From NCBI GenBank assembly GCA_964016885.1, contig OZ024742.1:142972001-143036000 (forward strand): a stretch of 64,000 nucleotides of DNA, in the 5' to 3' direction. Within the stretch, counting starts at the first letter, position 1. Every line of letters starts with the position of its first letter. The DNA is from Eledone cirrhosa (lineage: Eukaryota). The position numbers and the translations under genes were made by a program. This document shows, piece after piece, positions 12,501 through 23,800 of the stretch. The notes beneath the pieces were generated by a model. That model made no database searches. It was given only the letters and a program-made list of their open reading frames with translations, and had not been told where the DNA came from.

Positions 12501-15500
12501 TACTTTGCTTTGTTTTATTCTGTTATCATTTAATATTACATAACCATATTAATCATATAGATATAAGATCTATTAATCATAGAAATTTATAAAACAGGTA
12601 ATCTATTTGAATTTATTCCTTTCTTATTTTCATAACAATAATTTCCGATAGCAGAACGTATCAAATGCCAAACTTCCAACTGAAAGCTCAGTGGTTTAAT
12701 TACTATATTTCCATCTTACAAGGGTTAGTTCAAAAGTTCATAAGGTGACTATGAAGGAGTAATGCTAGAGCTGAGAAATATTGCATGCATTAATTTCAAT
12801 TCTTCTTATTAATCACTGCAGTGTTTCTTTTCAGGGACTATATTGAAAAATAAACCTCATTTGGTCATTTCATGAGAGTATCTTGGTCAGTCTATGAATT
12901 TTCAGCCAACCCTCACAGCTACATTTGAATATCTTAACATAATTTAATGAATATTTAGAATGAAGGTTTGAAAAATAACTTGTAAAATACACTTACATAT
13001 ATCTGAAATCAATTACAGATACCAGTTGTTTTGGATCCTGTGTAAAAAAGAAATAATTAAAAAAATACTACTAATAAAAATAAGCAGAGGAATAACTTGA
13101 TTGGCATTTCTTGATTATATGATTTAGTTGAAGAAACAGGAAGAAATAGAAATAGAAAAATGTACCATGATTGCTTAAATTTTACATTTTAAATCTTCAT
13201 ATATGATTCTTCCTCAAAAGTGAGACAGACAATAAAAGTTGTCATTTCTTCTATATAAAGTCCACCATTAATTACACAAAAAAAGTTGTCAAATTCATTC
13301 CAATATTTCTACCACCTTTATCACCATTGTTGTCATTATTGTCTCTGAAAGGATTCTATATTAAGTAGCTTGCTCCACTTTTGGATTACAATGTCTTTTG
13401 CTGCTATATTGATTCAGATTAACAGATTCAAGATGCTTCATACAATTTATTTGTTTTACCGTTAACAGTACACCATATAAATATAAGTATTCCACTGGTA
13501 TGTGTTTTTTCTGCATTCTCCTTCACATCATTACCATTATCACCAGCATTACTAACTACACAATAATTGGCACTTGCATCCCCTGTACCCATAGGTTTAT
13601 GTCTTTATTACTCAATCACATTATTAAACCCAGTGAAATTAAAAACTTAGCTAATTTTTACATGATTTTATTACTTTTATGAATCAGGTATTTAATACAT
13701 CACTCAAAACTAATAGTCATCTAAAGTCCAGTATTCAGTTAATATATCAAGTTTATTATAAATTAACTTACCATATCAACTAGAAGTTTCCATAAAGGCT
13801 GGAAGTAAAGAACAACATAAAACAAAAAAAGGTCAGATAGCTTTGATTGATCAGTAAGTTGACTGACATACAGAATAGAAAACTAAGAGGTTATATGATA
13901 AACAATATGATATACATGTGTATTTATAATAATTATTTCTACTTTTGGCACAAGGCCAGCAATTACCCAGTGTATTACTGGTACTTTATTTATAACGACG
14001 CCGTGAAGATGAAAAGCAAAGTTAACCTCGGCGGGATTTGAACTCAGAATGGAAAGGGCTGTAACTCTTTGCGTCAAAGCATAGCGTCCGACCCTCACCG
14101 ATACTGCCAATCCACCGCCTGTGTATTTATAATAATTGGAGTATATATGATAAGGTATGTATATAATAAAGCATATGTATGCCATAGAGTGATCAACTCA
14201 ATTAAAGCTTGAGCCAGTTTACTCCATTTACTCAGCATTCCAGCAGTGTTTTACAAACCTCGTTTATAAGCTGAGGCAGGTAATCAACATATTATGTTTA
14301 GATGGTGTGGTTTTGAAAGCCTCATGAGTGGAGAATATATTTATGAAGTTTTAATATTTTGACATTTAAAATGTTCTAAGTGTCATTTAGAGTACTACAC
14401 CAAGTACTACAAGATGATTTATCCATTACTCTGTCAATCCTCAGCAGTATTTCATTATCTTGTGTTCCTGTGTATATAGCTTTAAGACAGATAGGCTCTG
14501 TCAAGCCGATTTTCCTTAGATACTCTTCATAAAGGTGTAGTCTATAATTTATAAATTCACAAGTAATTTATATAATCAAAAATATGTTCTATGTATACAC
14601 AATTTTTGTATATACAGATATTTTCTACAGCACTAATATCAAGAAGTCTTCCTGTGAACGTGACCTGGGCATTACGGTCAGCAGCGATTTGCGTTGGATG
14701 AGGCACGTCTCTAAAATTGTCAAGAGGGCCGAGGGTGTCTTAGCATCACTCAGCAAGACCTTTGTCAGCCGCTCTCCAGATATCTATTTAAGGCTGTATA
14801 CAGCTATGGTGCGACCACACTTAGAATTTGCATCGCCAGTCTGGAACCCCTATCTTGCTCAGGACATTGACCGCCTGGAAACTGTTCAGAGACGTGCAAC
14901 CAAGCAAATACCCTCCATCAGGCATCTACCATACTCTGAGCGTCTTGCTTCCCTGGGCATGGATTCATTGAAGCTCCGACGCCTGGCAACTGACTTGGTA
15001 AACACCCACAGCAACTGAAGCTGGCTGTGGACAAGTGTACCACCATGCATTTTGGAAGGAAAAATCCAGCGTCCACATACTCCCTCCACAACACTGACAT
15101 CAAAAAGTCCTCTTGTGAACGTGACCTGGGCATTACTGTGAGCAACGATTTGCGTTGGACAAAGCATGTCTCTAAGATTGTCAAGAAGGCCGAGGGTGTC
15201 TTGGCATCACTCAGCAAGACCTTTGTTAGCCGCTCTCCAGCCATCTATTTAAAACTGTATACAGCTATGGTGCGACCACACTTGGAATTCGCATCATCAG
15301 TCTGGAACCCCTATCTTGCTCGGAACATTGACCTCCTGGAAACTGTTCAGAGACGTGCAACCAAGCGCATACCCTCCATCAGACACCTACCATACTCTGA
15401 ACGCCTTGCTTCCCTGGGCATGGATTCATTGAAGCTCCGACGTCTGGCAATGGACTTGGTGAATACCCACAAAGTTTTTAACCATCTCGCCAACTGCAAC

Positions 15501-18500
15501 CCTGAGCGCCTCTTTGATCTCCATGTGTCTAACACACGTGGACATGCCTACAAGATAAGAAAACAGCACAGCTCCCATGACTTTCGCAGACATTTTTTCA
15601 CGCTCAGAGTTGCTGAAGCATGGAACAAACTGCCTGTGTCAATTGTTAGCTGCCAAGACACTGCATCCTTTAAGACACTCATGCTTCCCAAAATACGCCA
15701 AAACTACACCTGATGTACCCCTTCCATACACATGCACACATGTGTGTATCATGACTCGTGCACTGTTCATTTTCCTGATGTTTGTGCATTGCCCTATGTA
15801 CTGTACATGTACTTTTTTGATGAGTTGTGGTGCACCTGGGCACTGTACACAATATTTCATTATTGTTATTGTTATTATATCATGACTCATACACTGTTTA
15901 ATTTCCTGACATTTGTACATTATCCACAGGCGGTGGATTGGCAGTATCGGTAGAGGGTCGGACGCTATGCTTTGACGTATAGAGTTACGGCCATGCCATT
16001 CTGAGTTCAAATCCCGCCGAGGTTAACTTTGCCTTTCATCCTTACGGGGTCGATAAAATAAAGTACCAGTAATGCTCTGGGTAATTTCTGGCCTTGTGCC
16101 AAACGTAGAAACAATTATTCTATGTACTATACATGCACCTTTGATGAGTTGTAGTGCACCTGAGCACTGTACACAATAATTTCATTATTATTATTATAAA
16201 ATTGTTAACCATGTTGCCAACAACAACCCTGAGTGCCTTTTCGATTTCCATGTGTCTAACACACGTGGACATGCCCACAAAGTAAGAAAACAGCACAGTT
16301 CCCATGACTTTCGGAAACATTTTTTCACGCTCAGAGTTGCTGAAGCATGGAACAAACAACCTGCATCAGTTGTTAGCTGTCGAGACACTGCATCCTTTAA
16401 GGCCTCCATGCTCCCCGAGATCCGCCAACACTACAGCTAACACATACAAACATGTACTTCCCTGACATTTGTGTATTATTCTATGTACTATATTGATGAG
16501 TTGTAGTGCACCTGAGCACTTTACACAATAATTTCATTATTATAATCACATTTTCAACATCTTATCATGCATAAATACATACAATATCATTTTCAATAAG
16601 AGAACAGATAGACTTCATGAGAATTTTCTCACATAGTGGGGAATATACAGAATGATGTAGAGTAAACACATTATATCTTACCTTTCCTTCTATTTTGGCC
16701 CACAAGTCCCAGAGAGCATTAACAATGGCTGCAGTTGCCAAGTGAATTACACCTTTTTCAGGGCCAATCTGTAACAGAATGATTTTTATTAATATATATT
16801 TTGTTTATTTTCCATTTGATAAAGACCAATATGTTATACAGGATAAACAAGGTTATTTCTTTAAGGCTCATTTATCTACTTACATAATTAATGATTATCT
16901 GGTCATAAAAAAAAAATTATTAATTTCATATGTTAAAAAATCTATGGTTAATTAAAATCAATAGAGACAAGTGATTGACTGTGTCCATTTGAGTAAACTG
17001 GAAATTATCTAGTCATATGATCGTCTGTGTCCAAATATTTGATTAGACTGACATTATTTAGTAAGATTTACAATATACATAGATAGAATAAGGATTTGTT
17101 GATCAAATTTTGGCTTATGATTTTAGTCTAAGCAAAATCAAATTAAAGTTTTATCTTTTTGTGAGTATGTAAAATAGCTAGTAAAATATATAGCAAAAAT
17201 GGTGGATAATTAGGGAACCTCTAAACAGCAACAATAAAAACCACAACATAAAACAATGCTGGATCTTTTTTGCAGTTGCTTAACATGGCGGAAATAGCAG
17301 TGAAATCTCCTTGAAATCACATCTACTCCCTTAAAAAGGAAATTGTATTCCTAGATACACCATGTCAGAATATGGTGAGATTTGATTATAGAACTTCTAG
17401 CTCAGAGCTGACCAAAATTTAAACAGCAACAACTATTTTTTTTTACCAAGAATCACAATATAGAATTTTGTGACTGATGTTAGTTATGCAAGAAAATTCT
17501 TAATTCTTAATTTCATTATTAATTCATTAAAAAGGGCAGTAGATTGGCAGTATCGGTAGAATGTCAGACATGCTTTGCAGCATATAATTGTGCCCCTTTA
17601 TATTCTGAGTTCAAATCCTGCCGACGTTAGCTTTGCCTTTCATCCTTATGAGATCAATAAAATAAAGTATCAGTAATGTGCTGGGACCAATTTAATTGAC
17701 ATTCTCCTCCTCTAAAATTGTTGGCCTTGTGCCTAAATCAAAAACCATTATTAATTCATTAAAATGCTTTATAAACAAAAAAAATATAGGTTTTTGTTTT
17801 TGTAGTACAAACCCATCTCATTTGGTCATCACTTGTTAAGTGTCGCCAAAACATTCCAAAATCTTTGTAAATATCTTTGACTTTGATGCCAACAACAAGT
17901 TTACTGAGAGACTTAACAGCACAACAAACTGAAAAATAACAGAAATATCACTCAATGTTATAAATACACAGGTATAAAAAACAAAAGTTAAAGTTAAAGT
18001 ATGCCTCAACTCCAGAGGTTCATCGAGCTGGTGCTTAACTCAGTTTCAGTGGTGTTAAGCAACTAAAAGTACAAGACACCACAAGCTTAACCCCCAGCTA
18101 CTGCTGGTACTCATTTTCAGCTGAATGTACAGGAGCAACACAAAATGAAGTGTTTTGTTCAAAAACAATACACCACTTGGTTCAGGTATCAAACCCACAA
18201 CATTATGATTGTAAGGTCAACACTCTAATTACTAGGCCACATGTCTTCACAGGTATACATAATGCAATATCAAGGAAATAATTATTAATCTCACCTTCTG
18301 TAAGAATGGTTGATGGTATGAAGGACATTAAACCATGAGGATAAATATTGTACCAAGAACAAGATATTTCATATGAATAAAGTCATTTGCCTGGTCTATT
18401 ATGTGAAGAAATATGTTTTAATAAGTGACTAATGCTATTAATCTTTTCTCAGAAAACCTGACAGTTAGGTAAACCAAAGCAATATTGAAATAGGCCTCAA

Positions 18501-20774
18501 TAAATGACAACTAGGTAAACTGAGGGAATGTAGCATAATGTTACAGCCTACATGCTTTAACAACCAAGAACTACTGACTCATTGTTCGACTATTAGCTGC
18601 TTTCTCAATATATCTTCTACATCAGCCTCTTCTGATTATTCCCTTGAACGTAACAGCTCTATTCAATTCCTATCTTAACCTACCTGATACTCTTTTCTTT
18701 TCTTATATCACCCTTAGTATACCTTATCTCCCTGATCCTATTCTAAACACTTTGTCTTTCTTATAGTTGCATCTCTAAGGAAATTCATTCTGTCTTTGCT
18801 CATGTTTTCTCCTCAATAACTCACCTTCAATAATAATTCTTTACAGAGAATTTCAACAGAAAATCTCTCAATGTATTTTGATTTTGCAATATTTTTTTAT
18901 TGAATCCCACCTAGTCTTCCTCCTACTCACACACTTGATCTCTGCCCCTCTCCAGTTCCTCCTTCCTTATTCAACCCATGCCATCATGGAAAGATGGATG
19001 CATTTAGATCACTGAATTTCTAGTTCTTCATCCAACCATGTCAATATGGAAAGATGGATGCACCCCACAATGTACTGCCAGATGTTACTCTTCAAGCTCA
19101 CTCCTCCCACTTTTCTCATCCCTCAGCAAGAAACGTGTAACCAAGCATGGAGTCACTGCTCTCATTCACCCTCTCCTATCATTGTCTCTCCAACTTGACT
19201 TAGGACGCAAGTACTTTAGTATCGGAAATGGTAGTGCTGGTGCCACGAAAATGCACCTAGTCCCCTCTTTAAAATGGTAATGTCAGTGCCATGATAAAAA
19301 GCACCCAGTACATGCCTTTAAGTGGTTGATATACATGCTCAGAAAAAGACTTGATGTTTACGACTGGAATGCTTTTGTTTATGTCTGCTCAATCAGGCTT
19401 GAATTGGGATTAAACAAAAACAACAAGCAAAAAAGCTAACAAGCAACAACTTTTACCTATCTCAGTTCCCCGTCCAATGGTGAAAGTAAATCCATGACCT
19501 TCATGTTCTCCGTTAGTCTTTAAGATGACATAACTGCAGGAATAATCAGGCTCCTTGTTCTAAAGAAAAGTATAAAATTATATTCTAATGTTTTAGTTGT
19601 TATGTGATAATTCTAAACGTAGCCAGAACAACATATCCCTCAAACAAAACATACATCTCTACTTGAGTTGACCTAGGAAATAGGTATTATTTCATAGATT
19701 GTGAGTGGTTACATTTAACCCTTTAGCATTTAGACATTCCAATAGTGACATCCCATCTTTTTCACAAATACAGTCTATTTAGTAATGAACCATCCAATAT
19801 GTCCTTCCTTTTTGAAGATGATATGGTGTAATTTGAGAGAGATCTTACTTTTATTTATAGAAGATTAAGGTGTTCACATAACAGCTCTCTTGTTGCATCA
19901 TAGCTAAGTAATCCTGTATGGAGTTTATCACTCTTTAGTTTGCAGATTACACATGTACATTGAGTAATTAATAGCATAAAGCTCAGATGGGAAGTAAAAT
20001 TGTGTCACAAAATTAGGTTGTTAAATGAAAGCTGTCAGTTATTCTAGGATGTTCACAAAATCATACACTAATAAATCTCATAACAGTGGGTAATAATGGT
20101 ATTACTTGAATATTAATAAATTAGCTGACTGGTGTATTACAGTCTTTCCAAACCAGTATTGCAATAAAATATAACATTCACCAGCAAGACATTGCTGCCA
20201 TGGGTTATACTAGTTTCATGGTACTATAATATGGTACCAATTTTCAATAAAGCAGGCTGAGCTGGTGAAAGTTGTCATGGTCACAAACACAATACTACTC
20301 AGCAGTAGTAAATACAAGTATCACAGAATACGATTATAATATAATTGTATTGTATCTGAAAGATACAATCTGACAAACAGAAATGGTGCGTGTGAAATGA
20401 AAACAGTGTGAACTTACTATGTGTGCGTGTGTGCGTATTAGTATACTTTCTTGTTTTAGAAGTAGTAGTAATCACTCAGCCTGGCGTGTAAGGTGTGTGA
20501 GAAAATAGCAGACAGACGTTTTTCGTGAAGGGAGATTTGAAATATACATAATACAGGTAAAATTCCGTTATACCATTATAAATAATGTTTCATCAGTATA
20601 ACGAAATTTGTTTCAATCCTCGGCCACACACTCAATGGGTTAGGTTGATCTCATTATAATAATAATGAAATTATTGTGTACAGTGCTCAGGTGCACTACA
20701 ACTCATCAAAGGTGCATGTATAGTACATAGAATAATGTACAAGTGTCAGGAAAGTGAACAGTGTATGAGTCATG

Positions 20775-20810
<36 letters not shown>

Positions 20811-23800
20811 AATATTGTGTACAGTGCCCAGGTGCACCACAACTCATCAAAAAGTGCATGTACAGTACATAGGGCAATGCACAAACATCAGGAAAATGAA
20901 CAGTGCACGAGTCATGATACACACATGTGTGCATGTGTATGGAAGGAGTACATCAGGTGTAGTTTTGGTGTATTTCGGGAAGCATGAGTGTCTTAAAGGA
21001 TGCAGTGTCTCGGCAGCTAACAACTGACGCAGGCAGTTTGTTCCATGCTTCAGCAACTCTGAGCATGAAAAAATGTCTACGAAAGTCATGGGAGCTGTGC
21101 TGTTTTCTGATTTTGTAGGCATGTCCACGTGTGTTAGACACATGGAGGTCAAAAAGGTGCTCAGGGTTGCAATTGGCGAGATGGTTAATAACTTTGTGGG
21201 TATTTACCAAGTCCATTGCCAGACATCGGAGCTTCAATGAATCCATGCCCAGGGAAGCAAGGCGTTCAGAGTATGGTAGGTGTCTGAAGGAGGGTATGCG
21301 TTGGGTTGCACGTCTCTGAACAGTTTCATTCTTTGTTACAACAATTTTTTTTTATACCCCATGAATTTCGTTAGAACGGAATTTCACTGTATAGGGTATT
21401 TTCCCTTCTGGTGAACCAAGCTTATAATATTCAGTTTCTATTTCTGGCTATTCTAGTTGCATTGATCCTGTTACAAATGATAAATTCTTATTTCTTTTCT
21501 TTAATATATTTTACAAAAAGGCAAGGAGACAGAATTTGTGGTGAGAAATGATACTAGATGTTTTAACAGAATTATGAAAGAGCTGGTATGAAATAAGTGG
21601 TTCATGTGTGCCAATTAACAATAATAAGGCCAACAATTTGAAGAGAAGGGAAAAGTTGATTAAATTGACCCAAGTGTCTTACTTGTACTTTATTTTATTG
21701 AGCCTGTAATGATAACCAATCAGCCTGATGAGTAGAATATTTCTAATAGGTACTAAATCAACCAGACATGGTCAATCTCTTTGAGTTTACCCAAGGTAGG
21801 CCCTTGGTAGATCACCTGCAAGTGATAGATGATGATACTTCAACGAAAGAAGTCACCAAAGCCATTCATCATCTGAAGAACAACATGACAGCAGGGCTTG
21901 ATGAGGTAACTGTCGAACTACTTAACCATGTAGAAATGTCACTGCAGAAGAATTGAGATATCTTTGCAACTTAATATAACATGAAGATAAAGTCATCAAG
22001 GCCTGGGTTGATGGAGTGATTGTAGCATTGCACAAGAAAAGAGCTCTAGCTGACTGCAACAACTAGCATGAACTAAGCTGGCGAAGAGTTCTCCTTTGTC
22101 CTCCTTATCCAGCTGAAAAAGGTGGTTGATGAGGATTTATGAGAAGAGCAGGTAGGATTCTGTAGTGGAAGATCATGCAGTGAAAAAATCCTCATGTTAT
22201 CTATATTAACTTACATTCTTATACACACATACACACTCTCTCTCTCCCTCTGTCTCTTACACACACACACACTCTCTCTCTCTCACACACACACACATTC
22301 ACTCACACACACAAACAAGCATATACATATTTATTAATGTTATATTTTCTTATTTTATTTAGAGTAATGATAGTGTACGTCTTATCTTAATTTCAAAACA
22401 CAAATGAAACACACGATAACCACATCATTAAATGTTAATCTTATCTTTAAATACATGGTACATTGTAATTTTTGTTCTAATTTTCTACTTATATTATAAG
22501 TCAAGCATCTATTAAACGATATGACATTCTTTAGGATTTCGAAAATGGTGATACTTGAGCCTCCAATCACACATTACCTTGACTTTGCTAAAGCTTTTAA
22601 TTCTGTGTCACACAAAAGACTTATGGCAAAGCTGCTCTCCAGCTATCTATTTATAGCTGTATGGTGCAGCCACACTTAGAATTTGCATCACCAGTCTGGA
22701 ACCCTTATCTTGCTCAGAACATTGACCGCCTGGAAACTGTTCAGAGACGTGCAACCAAGCGAATACCCTCCATCAGGCATCTACCATACTCTGAATGCCT
22801 TGCTTCCTTGGGCTTGGATACATTGAAGCTCCGACGTCTGGCAACTGACTTGGTAAACACCCACAAAATTATTAACCATCTCGCCAACAACAACCCTGAG
22901 CACCTTTTTGAATTCCATGTTTCTAACACATGGGGGCATGCCAACAAAGTCAGAAAACAGCACAGCTCCCATGACTTTCGGAAACATTTTTTCACACTCA
23001 TAGTTGCTGAAGCATGGAACAAATTACCTGCATCAGTTATTAGCTGTTGAGACACTGCATCCTTTAAAACCTCCATGCTTTCTGAGATTAACCAACACTA
23101 CACTTAATATCCCTCTTCCATACACATGCACACATGTATATCATGACTCATACACTATTCAATTCCCTGACATTTGTATATTATTCTATGTACTATACAT
23201 GCACCTTTGATGAGTTGTAGTGCACCTGAGCACTGTACACAATAATTTCATTATTATTATTATTATAAAGACTTATTACTAAAGTAGTTATGTTCCAGAT
23301 TTTCAACTGAGCAGAAAACGTAATTCGTTCCTGATTTTTCTTCATCCTGCCTTCTAATACCGAGAATAATAACTATATATAACTCTGCGAGGAATTACAT
23401 TTTTATCGTTCAGCTTGACTATGTCCTTATTTGCAGCTCTTCACTCTCCTTGTACTTATATTAATACAAAGAAAAAAATAAAATCTTTATTATATTTAAA
23501 TATGCTTTCTGATCCTTTCCGAAACCAAAAATTTTAAACACGCAGCCTTGCACTATGTCTTCTTTTCTGATAATTTCTGCTACCATTACGACAAAGTATT
23601 TTACTAAAATGGTATATTACTATCAATATTCCATTAGTGCTGCTTTTCAGGATAAAACTAATGAGTTTACTAAATGAGATGAAGTTGACATAAGACTGGG
23701 GAGATCTTTCAGAGGTTTGCATTATTAAATATTAAAAAAAGTACTATAGAAATAATATTGGTTATTCCAATGATTTCTGAATTTAAATCCATATTAAATT

